Positions 35,783-56,797 of a stretch of DNA of 64,000 nt are shown here, piece by piece. The number at the start of each line of letters is the position of its first letter. Within the stretch, counting starts at the first letter, position 1. The stretch covers positions 6,944,001 through 7,008,000 of the forward strand of contig CM106586.1 of assembly GCA_048013815.1 (NCBI GenBank), in the 5' to 3' direction. The notes under the pieces are model-generated. The model worked only from the letters and a program-made list of their open reading frames with translations. It had not been told where the DNA came from and ran no database searches. The position numbers were made by a program, and so were the translations under genes. Source of the stretch: Setoptus koraiensis (lineage: Eukaryota > Animalia > Arthropoda).

Positions 35783-37604
35783 AGCCGAGCTAACGTTGTG
35801 GCGTTATTTACTGTATTTATTAATACAGTAATACATTAATAATAACACATACATGATATCGTGAGTGACATATGTTATCACGTGCCAAATTAGAATGAAC
35901 ACGACAGTAGTTGATAGTGAATAATAAACAACAACAATAGGCTGCACAGTTTGCAGTCTAGGCGGCTCACAATTACTTTGGCCGCTTGCAGCGTTACGCA
36001 AGCCGCCGGCACGAGCTAGCTTAAACTGGCTCGTGCACTTGTGAGCTCCATTGTGCCCATGCAATCAATCTAACGAAATGTCTATCTAATTGCTTGCCAG
36101 CCAGCTCGTTGTTTGTATGGTGGCGCGTCGCGCGCGCGTGGGTGTCCTCTCCACTTGTGACCATCTTATTCATCTTATCCGTCTGTGCGTCTATGCGTCT
36201 ATGCGTCTATCCTTCCATCCGTCTATCCGTCCGTTGGGCTGTTGCGACGCAACCGAGCCGCCACATATACACTTGTGCATGTATAGAGGGCGCTGGCGGG
36301 CTGGCCTATCCTTGCAGAGTCTATGAGAGAGACACACACACAGATGAAAAGTGTGTTTGGGCAATTTAATTAAACAATCATCTTGCCAACCAATTGTGTC
36401 AACAGCTCACTTTTCTTGTCCTAATCAGATTACTCACAACTGCTGAATTTGTGCAACAGTGCACACACACACACACACACACGCACGACGCCAATATGCG
36501 ACTCATGGCGTGTCAAATATACTTGCTGATACAACTCTCAATATGGAACCGGATCACATTTCAAAAGGAATGATTTTCGCCCAGTCGCCGGCCCCTCGCC
36601 GGCAGGCTCGAAGCGCGACTTTTGGCGACAATCTTGCCAAGCCATTGGTGCATTTGTATCGCGTGGCATGACACAAAACTAGCGAGACCATCGAGCAGCA
36701 ATGCTCCATGCTCCGCTTATAACCAGCCAGCCGGTCAGCCGCAAGCGCCCGAGAGCGGGCCCCAGCGAGCCGGCGCCGAGCCTTGCTTTACGACATAAAA
36801 TGAGCGAGCCAGCACAAACAAAGTTGGCCAGTTTCTCTCTCTCTCTCTCTCTCTCTGCCAGCTCGGTACGAAACTATCAGTTATTACGCACACTAGCAAA
36901 TGATAGATAAGCCCAAACTAACTACAGCCCAAAAAAGTAGAGCTCGCAGACAGAATGTTATTAGTGTGTGTGTGTGTGTTGTGCATCAATTGCGCATAAA
37001 ATTAAATATTTGAATATACCGATGAGCAATTGCCCAGACGAACGACTGGAATGCAATCGCCAATTGATATCTACTATCTTGGCAAGATAATAACATTGAG
37101 TGTGTGCTATGTATATAATGTTATGTAAGAGAGGTACGCGCGAGACACCATCAGCCCAGAGCCGAGAGCCGACAGCTGGCGCTAGTGCCGGTGAAGCCTG
37201 CGGTATTGTTGTTGGCAAGGCAAGGTGCCCCGGCAAAGCAGTAAAGCGGTTGTTAAATGGATGACCAAACAGTAGATAAAAGTAGTGCTGGCAGACGCAC
37301 CACAGAAGGGAGAGGGAGCGAGTGAGAGAGAGGGGAGTTTGTCGGAGAAGAACAAAAACTCTTGCTCTCTTGTGCATAAGTAATAATGTGTAAGCTGGCG
37401 GCCCCGGCAGCGTATTCTGTCGAAGCCAATGGCCTCAATACAACAACTAATGGTACAAATGGTGGTATCGGTGTTATCGTCGTCACACCAACGCTTACAT
37501 CCGACGCTTGCATCCAGCCCTGCTGCCAATTGAGCGAGCACCAGCACTTATCTTGTTAGAGAGAGAGAGAAAAAGAAAACTTAGTTGCCCCTCGAAAGAG
37601 GCCC

Positions 37605-37650
<46 letters not shown>

Positions 37651-38230
37651 CGCACACACACACACACACAGATTGTCTCTATCCACTTATGGGCTATCCA
37701 ACTCTGGCGAGATGAGGCCAGAGCCTATGTGTGAGGCACGCGCGCGCGTACCCCCCCCCACCCTCCAATAGTAAAATTGCAACCGCGATCGCCAGATTTA
37801 CTTCATGTTCGGCCCGTTGAGCCGTCCCTGAGTGGGCCCCAAACACATCCAGCTCGTTCTCAGCGTGGCGCCGTGCCGTGCTTTGTAATTATTTCAGTGA
37901 TAACGACAATTCACGATAATTCACTGATAAATGCAATAGAGGAATGTTCAAGTAAGCTTGTCTTGTCAAGTATAGCGCTACGTTTCTTTCCACTCGTAAA
38001 TAAAATGAGTTTAACTAGCACATTGCTTACGAGTACCAGCTAGCCAACCAGAGTGGCCCTTACGTGTGTACGCGTGCCACTTGAAATTAAATTATTCGCA
38101 AATTAGCAAAACGTGACACATTGACTTACTAAATTGAGAATTCCTAATAGTTACTTTAATCTAATTTGTTTACAATGTGATTGAAATTATCGCAATCATA
38201 TCATCTTTTAGGTTTTGTAAAATTTGTGTG

Positions 38231-41200
38231 TTAAAACAATTTAAATGTGATGGATGAATAATTAAATAATTTATACCATCCTATAACAATACTCGATAAG
38301 TTCAGATCATCCAACTGTATCTGAACAATACCCATTAGAGCTTTTCTGTCCATTCTACCGTAGTCGCCCCAAACAATAATCTGCGTGTGACACGTAACAA
38401 ATAACAATAGCAATAGTAAATAAAGTAGATAAATAGAGAATGAGTTTCATGATATCTCAGTTGGGGTCATATGACTTTGTGCTTCACGATGAAAGTTGAA
38501 ATATTTACCTGTAGAATACATTGTCGATAGTCTTCGTGGAATGTTAACTGCTGCTGATAAAGTGGATCCAGGGTCTTCCTAGCAGCAGCCGTTTTTGCTT
38601 TGGCCAGACACTTTCTGCCCTTCATGAGGTAAACTTTCACGTAAGGGGCTACATTGAATGCATTAGATTTAAAAAGCAAAGGTTCATTCAAGGTTAAATA
38701 GAATATCGAGGCGGTTAGTGGCAGTAAAGGCATAAGATTATTTGCTAATTACGCAATTAATTAATTAAGCAATTGACAAAATGGCTCACCTGGCAAAGTC
38801 TTGCCTCCTGGCTTTGACTGAAGTTTGCGAGCTCGAATCACCTCTACCTCTAGATTGCCCTTTCTATCACTCAGGCTCAATTGTATATCTCCTAGATAGG
38901 GCGACGCGAGAGCTTGTCGCGAAACTATCTGCCCGGCACCCAAGCCCTCGACAAAACTTGATGTTGGGTCGTGAGCCTGGAATCTCGACGACGCTTGTAT
39001 CCAGCTGACAGTCGCACAGAATAGGATGAAGAGTATGGAAGAGGAGATGAGATGATATAATGAGTCAACATGTAATAATAATCGCATAATATTAATGAAT
39101 AATAGGATGCAACTTACTTGGCTCCGCTCTCGCCGCTCATACTGCCCTCGCCGTCGGACGACATACTGGTGGTCTGTTTGACCAAATGTTTCACTTCATG
39201 TGGCGCTACCTCCTCACTTCGATGAACACTAAAAGAGGTCACCTGTTTCTTTCGGAATCCAAGCCTCTTCTTCGTGCCTGTTTTTACACGTGTCACATGA
39301 GTATATTTGGGGTGTGAATATCACAATACGCGAATAAATTTCGTATCAATAATTTGCAAATAAGCATTACGGTAGCATTGTTACTTGGGACACATGTAGA
39401 CGACAAGGACAAACTTACCTGAAAGACTCAATTGAGTGGTGCTGTTGCTCTTCTTCGAAAGACCTCCCGGGCCAATTTGGCCGCTAGTACCCGTGTTACC
39501 GGAATTAGTGGCACCCGTTTGTGACTTCAAGCTCTGACTTGAGCCGCCACCCTCACCTATGCTCTTATCACTAGAATTTTGTTGTAGTTGTTGACTATGA
39601 TGCTGACTCCTATGACTTCGCTTGCCGTCTCGCTCTTTGCTATAAACACTTTTGTCTTTATCTGGGCCACCACCACCGTCAGTCAGACTACCTTCGGCCT
39701 CTCTAGATGAATGATGATCACGACTTGAACTAGTTGTGGCGGCAACATTTGCTGTCATTGATGCTGTTGTTGTTGCGCATGTCGTTGTTGTTGGTGCGAC
39801 AGCACCTGTCGCTGATAATGATGATGATTGAGGTACGGATTGCTGATTAGACGTAGCTGTTGATGAAGTTTTAGACGGATATACTGGACTTTGATGAAGC
39901 TGATGGTGCTGAGCACTGCTGCCCGCCACTACCGCCGCTTGTTTATTCGAATGTTGATGTTGGTGTTGTTGCTTCTGTTGTTGCTGCTGTGAGAGGTGAT
40001 GATGATGATGATGATGATGGGAGCCAGTGATATTAAACTCGGCCGCCGTTATGCTGCCACCTAAAACGGGTGCAAGCTTCGACGAGCCAGACATTTGGCC
40101 AATAACAGCATCAGATAAATGTGTGTCAGACAAAAGTGATATATTGCTTGCGTCGCTTTTTGATGCCAGTGAGCTAGATTGATCCGACTCGTCGTCACTT
40201 TGTTCCAAATTGTATCTATGTGATAAATGTTGTCTTCTATGGTGTGCATGCATTCTACTCGTGTTTTGAGGCTCACCCTGAGATGGTATATTTTGTTGTG
40301 TCCTTCTATTAGGTGGACATTCTTCACTATTTGTCCGCTGATAATCATGATAATGAGCACGCTCAGAGCCACTTCTCGTGCCATAAACAGGCGCTGACGT
40401 TCTACCGTCAAACGTGACACCCTTGTTGCTTCTGCCAGTACTTCCGGTTGCCATTGCACTTGTTTGCTGCTGTTGCTGCTGCATGTATGATGATGTTGGA
40501 TGCTGGACAGTGGCCGCACTGCGATGCTTTCGATGTTGACTAGAAGATTGTGATGGTATTACGGTTTGTGATGGCACTACTTTTGACATGAATTGTTGCT
40601 GCTGCTCTAATTGTTGTTGCTGATGATGTTGCTGTTGTTGTTGTGCATGATGATGGGGCGACTGATTAGAAACAATTACCTGCTGTTGATGACTAGCAGT
40701 TGAAGTTGGCTGCTGCTGCTGCTGCTGTTGATGATGATGACGGTTGTGTCGATTAGACTTCTTTGGTTGCGGATGAGCGTAATAAAGCTTATTATGGTAA
40801 ATAGATGAAAGGCCTCGTGTGTTCAACTCACTATCACTACCCATAGCCATTATTGGCTGATTTTGCTGGAAATGGATAACTCTTGGATCGTAAAATTGAA
40901 GATGGTGATTGATGGGGCCGACATGGGGCGGCTGTGGTTGTTGCTGTTGTTGTTGTTGCTGCTGCTGCTGTTGTTGCTGGTGATGGTGAGGATGATGATA
41001 ATATTGATTGGGTGGATGATCGTGTTCATTTAGGTCATGCTGTTTAACTATCACCGAACGATTGTGTTGGTCAGTTATATTTACTGATGGACGTTGTAGA
41101 TGCTGCTGCTGTTGTTGTTGTTGTTGTTGATGATATGGTTGTTGCTGTTGTTGTTGTTGTGGCGGAGGCGGAGCTTGGTTGTGTTGATGGTGATGATGAT

Positions 41201-43067
41201 GGTGGTGGTGTTGATGGTGGTGAGGAGAATGTTGATATTGTGATTGAGATTCAGATAAAATTTGATGATCTCTCACCCAAGAATCAACGATATTGCACCT
41301 ACTGCGCGGGCCAACTAGCGTATCATCTATGTTGCTCATTGTTTCCATTTGTTGTTGACCATAGTTCATTGTTGCTGGTGTTGTGGTTGTCGTTGTTGTT
41401 GTTGGTTCCATCAATTCTAAACTCGATTGATGTTGCATAAAATGATTGGATGAACGACGACCGGAATGATGAGTGATCAAATGATCATGCGATTCGCCCA
41501 CAAGACGGCTTGCTGTTGGAGGAATGAGTGGCAATTGTCGTCTAGACAGTCGTTGTTGCTGTTTTGCCATTAGTGACAATGCTGACGATGCCGCCTGCTG
41601 ATGCAATATTGGATTTGATGAGCCGGAAGCTAGCGAATGAGGTCCCATTAATGGATCAACTTTTGGCAAACAACTCATACCCGTTGTGGCGCTCATACCT
41701 GTATCGGTTGATCTGGCCAACGGCTCACTCTGACGCAATGACATTGCTGGCAATTGTTGTATCAATTGTTGTTCGTCCGAACAATCATCTTGCTCGGGCA
41801 AAATGTTTATCGAACGCTCAAAGGATCTGCCTATGCGAGCCAGGTGATCAACCTGATCTTGATATTGTAAATTGGTGTGTAAAGGATTGCGAGCCACCGG
41901 ATATTGATTGCTGCTATTAGGCTGTTGTTGATCATCTCCGAACGAGCTGTGCTGGGAATGTGACATCATGGCCGGATGATGTTGGTGATGATGAATATCA
42001 CCGATATAGTCAGCTGATGAACTTGGCGCATTTCTGGGTGGCGGTGGCAGCGGTTCAATATGATGATATGATGATCTCATATAATTAGGAGGCACATGGT
42101 GTGACGAAGACACAGAGGTGGGCGATATGGAGCGCTGGCGTGCGTCCGCTGTGGGCGTACTAGAGCTCTTTTGGAACACGGGCCGGTTTCTAATATTTCC
42201 ACTTACGATCTCGCTAGTTGTTGCTTGATTATTATCCATTTGGGCGGCAAGCTGAGGATTGTAGGAGACCGACGATGAGGACGAAGCCATTGGATTGGCG
42301 CCAATGCCGTGCGCACCCGACAGGGTAGCGCAACTAATAGAACCAAATGAGGCCTGTTGAACGGGCAAAGAGATGGGCTCCTCTAGGCTATAATCTGAGC
42401 TTCCGCCAAGCGTTGTGCCTGAGCCTAGCCAGGCTCTATTTTCGGCGTAATTTGGTAACGAGGAGCTAATAGCGGGATTTTGATTGAATAAATATCTCAG
42501 TTTAGGTAAATGGCCCCTATTAATAATATTGCCGCTATCATCGAAGCCTGCGCTTGCGGTTCCGGCTCGTCCCGTGTAACATTGGCTAGGATCGCCCGAA
42601 CCCGTAATATAACCATGACTTGTTCCGCTATGATCCACCATACCGCCCCCCTGTCCGCCTGCCAATGGGCCTAAGCCCGGCAATGGAGTTGGTCTGCTGC
42701 TCGATATAGTTGGGGCATAATAGCCGCTATCACCGCTAAATACCATTAATGACTTCATAGAGGCCCTATGATGGGTGTGTTTATCATTGGTTGTTCCGAT
42801 GGACGACTGATGCTCCAAGGGCTGAGGCTGTTGTTGTTGTTGTTTGTTACCTGGCAGCTGTTGGGCAACATTTGTCACATTGGCGGCTACATTAGCACCG
42901 ACAGCGCCAATTAAAGCCAAATTGCAACTAGACGACGACGATTGCTGCTGCTGAAGACTGTGATGCTGATGGTGGTGGTGGCGTTGTTGTTGCTGGTGTT
43001 GTTGCTGTTGTTGCTGTTGCTGTTGATGATGGTGTTGTTGTTGTTGGAGGTGATCTTGTTGTGACAT
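38231..43067 (-). CDS. Rim: RIM-like protein, paralog B, C2B domain only; join(38231..38380,38509..38648,38790..39004,39118..39277,39419..43067), 1437 aa
   Basis: Same five-exon structure and intron phases as paralog A (160/215/140-nt internal exons vs 160/221/140). GLSKKSNSTTQLSLSG, RKTLDPLYQQQL and IVWGDYGRMDRK motifs; long Q/H/S-rich first coding exon. Confidence 0.9.
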
Positions 43068-43095
43068 GCCATAGGCAACGGGCAGCTAATAAGCG

Positions 43096-43137
43096 CTACC
43101 AAATAAACTGTCGCTTGTATCGGCCAATAGGCGCCAT
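43096..43137 (-). other. Candidate upstream ORF MAPIGRYKRQFIW* of Rim paralog B
   Basis: ttctttcattgcaaatAG|aaaacATGG; 13 codons plus TAG; ends 28 nt before the main ATG at 43067. Confidence 0.5.
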
Positions 43138-44054
43138 GTTTTCTATTTGCAATGAAAGAAAATTCAAACAACAGCAATAATGCTATATGATGATGATGCT
43201 GGCATACATATACATGTATATATGTATGTGTGTATTATATGTATATTATATGTATACATATAATATATTGGAGAATTGGAAAATTGGAAAATCAATTTGT
43301 TGTCTTGGCTTGTCTCGCTTGTTTGTAAAATAACAACAACAACCACAGCGACTATTGCAACAACCACCACCACCTCGACAACAACAACAACAATGCTAAT
43401 AATAATACTAATAGTGCTGATAATAATAATGATAATAATGCTGGAATTTGTTGTTGACCGACTTGGGCAATTTGCTATAGATTTGCTTATATAATAATAT
43501 AAATTGGTATATATCTATTTATGTGTATTGGTCGCCGTTGAACTAAGTGTGGCTGTGACCACGCAAGGCGCTCAAAAGCTTCGAACGCACAGCTCGCAAC
43601 ACGCACACGCACACGCACACACACGCACACGTAAGCAAGCAAGCTCTTGTGTGCATCTTGTGCCCCAAGCGCCTCATGTGCCTCTCGTGTGGCCCCTTTC
43701 TACCACCAGGATCGCTTCAGTCGGTTTGCGCACCCGCAAACCGATCTGCCCGAACCCGCCGAACCGGTCACGCCCCACACACAAACCGCTCGGGCTTGCA
43801 TTGGCGGGCCGAGCACAAACTGAGCGTGCGCACACCGATGAAAGCGGCCGCTGGCGGCAAAAAAGGGCCAATTGAGGCACATGAGGCACACAATGCACAA
43901 GACGCGCACAGGAACCTGTACGCGTGCCAACCTGTGCGTTCGAAGCGCCAGACGGGGGCGCCTTGTGTGTGCGCGGTCACAACCGTCGGAGGTTCAGCGG
44001 TGACCAGCGCGCACACACACTCACACGCGCCCGTTCGATTTGTGCGGTTTTGCC

Positions 44055-44116
<62 letters not shown>

Positions 44117-47013
44117 CTCGATATTCCTCAAGCTTGCATCAGCCAGCCAGCTATACATATCTCTGCCATACATAGGCGCTCTGTCTAGCCAGCAGCTCGA
44201 CCGTGCACCGTGCACCGAGCTCGTGTGACGTGCAGCGGATATGTATGGATATCCATGGCATGGCATGGCGACATACTGTGGCCCCACTTTGGCCCCACAC
44301 AAGCGGCGCACGCGCAACGGCAGGGGGAAAGATTGCGCAGCAGCTTTCAGTGAGCTCGCCATGGTACGCGCGCTCATGCGCTTTCTTCCTTCATAGCGAG
44401 GGGGCCCCCAATCACGGCTGCTGCTGCTGCCACCCGTTCTGTTGCGCCCAGCCAGCGTGGTGCACGCACCACTTGCGCGCACCACACTGGCTGTGCAGCG
44501 CACGCCATTGTAATGGGGCAAGATCGCCGGAAACTGATGTGTGTGTGCACTTTGTGTACTGTGCACTTTGTTGTTCCAGCGGGCCCACTACGGTAACTAG
44601 AGCAGCAGCCAGCACCGTGGCACGGCAACAAAGCAGCGGCAGCCAGTTGGCCCAGTTGGGGCCCAGCAAAGCGCGCGCGTCTCGCCAAAAGAAACGAGCC
44701 CAAGAAGGAGCGCGAGTCTCGCGCACCGTCTCAAGTGTCGCGAGCGCCTGGCGAATTGGGGCCACCACGAGCAGCTTGCGCGCGTGCAATTGTGTCGCCA
44801 ATGGCAGGCCAAGACAACACACACTGGCAGCACTGGCTTGGCGTTTGTTGTTGTTCTCGCAGCAATGCCGATGTAACTGGCACTGTGCACATTCACTTTG
44901 CGAGCAAGCCAGCCGCTTGCACCAGCGTGCAGCGTTATTGAGATGGGTGCAGCGCGCGTCAAGCAGTAATTACGCTGCACCAAACAAGAGGGCGCCCACG
45001 CTGCTGCGTGACGGTGGCTGCACTCTGTGTCACAGAGTCTGTGAATCATGATTGGTCCACGGGCACATGCTGCCACCTGGCGAGCGGCCACGCAATCGAT
45101 GGGCGAGTGAGACAGTGGCCACAAACAAACATGTGCCACAGGTAAGCCGGCTCACGTGTCACCTGTCGGCGGTGCCTTACCGACGCAGCTCGACATGGCG
45201 ACAAACAAATAGCGACAACAAGTTTTTTAATTATTAACTCAATTTATGTTTCATTCTATCGAATCGCTTCGATTTAATACGATCTTCTGCGGGCTCAGGC
45301 AGAAGATCAAATCACGGCGAGGCGCACAAACGACGATCAATCGCATCACTTCTGATTCACAAGTTCTGATTCGCAAGTTGTGAATGCGAGTGATCGCTAC
45401 AGTACGAAAACATCAAGTGTGGCCGTGTCATTGGTTCAACCTTGAATCGTGGTCGTCTCGTCGCGGCGACTTGCACCCCCCCCCACCGCTGCCCCTCCGC
45501 TCAATCAATAAGACTAATTAATCAATCATGAGTCATTCAACTTTTTCCCGGCACCGACGGCAAGCTGCTCGATGGGAGCTGTACTCGCACCTAGTCGCAC
45601 CACAACTCGCCATCATGCACCGACACGACAGAGTGTTTTTCTCTAGACTCGACACTCGACACTGGCGAGCCGCCAAACACTGTCGAGTTCGCGCGCGCGA
45701 TCGCCACACTTTGGCGCCAAAATACCCCGCTAGCCTATATGTGCTGATGGGCTAGCAAAAATTGCTACATTTTTCGTGTAAGTGCGCTCAGTGTCACACA
45801 GTAAACAAAGTAGCACTAGATGAGACGATATTGATACTAATTAGTTGATTAATAAAAGTGAAAACGCTCAAAGTGAAGTGCAACAGTCACGCGAGTCGTC
45901 GTTACAATTTTTCTTCGTTGCTTGCTTGTGGGCTCACCTGTTGTTGTTGGTGCTGCTGTTGCTTTTGTGTCATGACGCAAGTAAACGCATATTCTATATA
46001 CATATTACATATAATTTTATAATTACAAAGCCAATCAACATTATTTGTGTTTTGTCCGTCGTCGCGTTCATTTGATCGGCGACGACAACAGCGATTCGTC
46101 TGAATTGTTGTTGACTTGTTGTTTACGAATGTTGCGAAAGAGAGGAGCGCTGCATAAATAACTAGTTGGTTTATTGACCTCACACAGCGAAGCATGGCCA
46201 GTGTTTACTACTACCTGTTTTCTGTCGCTGTCTCTCTCTCTCTCTTTTCTTTTTCGAAGCTCCACAAAGCAACCTAATGAGCGTCTGAGAATTCTGCGCT
46301 CCACACACACACGACAAGAAAACAACAACAAACCGACATATAAACAAACAAACAAACAACCTGTCGCTTGGCTCGAAGCAGCTTGGCTTGGCCACTCGTT
46401 CATCTGATACAAATCGAGTGCCTGCTGCCACCGCACAACAACAACAACGACACCGATAACGATAACATATAATAACAACAGCAACAGCAACAGCAACGAC
46501 GACAACAACAACCCATAGTGACCCGATGTCTGCCGACGTTTTTGGTTTGCTCGAATCGGAGGTTGCGAATGGCGCCAATGGCGAGCTATGTTGTGTAGAC
46601 AGCCGACAAGTTGGTTGGACTGAGTGGCGCTGATTCATTTGAAAAACCACCGACAATATCATTGCGGCAATAATATTTATTGCCGCATGTAATGTTAATG
46701 GAATGAGCGATATCGATAAGACAAGCGAGAAAAGAGCGGCGAAAGAGACGCGCGTCGTTGAGATTAAGATTTGTTTATTATTAACTAGTTAATTAATTAG
46801 TTGTGATGGTGCTGCTGCTTGCGTGGTTTAGTGCCAGTTTAGTCTACGTTGATCAATCATACACTCCATTTGTTTGTCATGTTTGGTACACTTGCGCAAG
46901 TGTGTGTGTGTGTGTCAGGTGTTTACCACCAACAACATTTATATAGGAACATGTGATGCGATTGTGCATGCAAGCATGCCAATGCCGAAAAGAGCTAATT
47001 AGAGGCGCACTAA

Positions 47014-55419
<8,406 letters not shown>

Positions 55420-55422
55420 TCT

Positions 55423-55453
<31 letters not shown>

Positions 55454-56688
55454 GTGGGTGCTCTATGGTCTTGCTGTTGGCTGTTTCTATGTTCTCTCTC
55501 TGTCTGAGCTGTCGTTGTGTTGCGGCGTTGAGAGCGACGAGGCAAGTTGCGACTCACTCAATCGCTACTTAATTACTTTTTTCTTGCAATTACTATTCTC
55601 TATGTGTTAGTGTGTCTCAACTTTTTTCTCTCAGTCAACTTTGAGTGTGTTCACTTTCGCTCACTTGTTGTCGGTGACTCAACTCAAATGATTGTCAGTT
55701 TGTTGTTGGTGACCCGGCGTTAGGCAGCAACGCGCTGAGCGACGACGATGTGAAAGTGCACATATAAACAACTTGATATTTGATATATATTTCTCATGAT
55801 TTTATACACTCACACATGTGTCTCAAACACTGTGTGCGTGTGTGTGTGTGTGTGTGCGTGTGTGTGTGTTCGGCGCGATATGAGAATCACTCGCACTTCT
55901 TTCGCTGCGAACACACACACACACACGCACACAGATAACTTTCATCTTTTTATGCGCAGATCTAATCACTTGTGTCACAAATGTGTGTCTGCGCATAATT
56001 GAAAACTTGAACAAAGTTATCGCTACACCTTGACAGAGTGTGGCAAACAACCAGTGATGCCACTGTCGACCCCCACTCTCTTTCCACTGCCAGAGGAGAC
56101 AGTGCACAGAAGCGAGTGCCGAGAGAACGCCGAGAAGAAGCGATTCGAAGCAGCCATTCGAAGCAGCCAGTCGAAGCTGCGATGCGAAGAAGCCTTTCGA
56201 AGCAGCCATTCGAAGCTGCGATGCGAAGAAGCGATGCGAAGAAGCGACGCAGCGGTGAGACCAAGAACGACTCGACGAACAGCCCGAAATCAAACTGTTG
56301 GTCGGTTCGTCACACTTTGCACACTTGCTGGCGCTCCATTCCCATCATGACACCTTGTTATTGTTTATTGTGCATAATTAATGCGCCCCGGCGCAGCCTG
56401 TCTGTGCACCGAATTGTGTCTATATTTGCACTTGCTCCCTATATCTCTACACATATCTCCCCGCATCTCCCCGCATCGCTCTATATCTCTATGTCTCTCC
56501 ATATCTCTCTATATGGCCACAAGGTGGCCCAAGTGGCCACAAATATAGACCCGATCAGTGCGATATGGTCGCTCGCAGCAAACACAAATCACGCCAACAC
56601 ACTTTTCTCGACCGCCAAATAATGCCCATCGCACCGATGCTGATAAAAATCATAAATGTCGCCTCATCTGCCACTTCCGGCCGATGTC

Positions 56689-56797
56689 GTTTTCGTCCGA
56701 AAATTGTTCCGTTTTTGTCCGAAAAATTTTTCGTTTTTGTCCGAAAATTTTTTCGTTTTCCTCCGAAAATTTCTTCGTTTTCGTCCGAAAATTTTTT
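56689..56797. repeat. Degenerate about 22-bp repeat built on the quasi-palindrome ttttcgtccgaaaa, x5
   Basis: Five tccgaaaa cores separated by T-tracts. Confidence 0.8.

Noticed and set aside
21500-37900. Dozens of 60-300 aa ORFs (e.g. 25190-26101) in the GC-rich region
   Set aside because: Arg/Ala/Pro-rich or repeat-derived, overlapping in all frames, no domain motifs; expected from GC content and microsatellites.
13202-43067. RIM copies as uncollapsed allelic haplotypes
   Set aside because: Introns and flanks are unalignable and the C2B exons have many synonymous differences; too diverged for alleles.
45281-45308. 10-bp perfect hairpin GATCTTCTGC-N8-GCAGAAGATC
   Set aside because: A stem this length is near chance expectation for the window, too short for a pre-miRNA, and has no Helitron-type end context.
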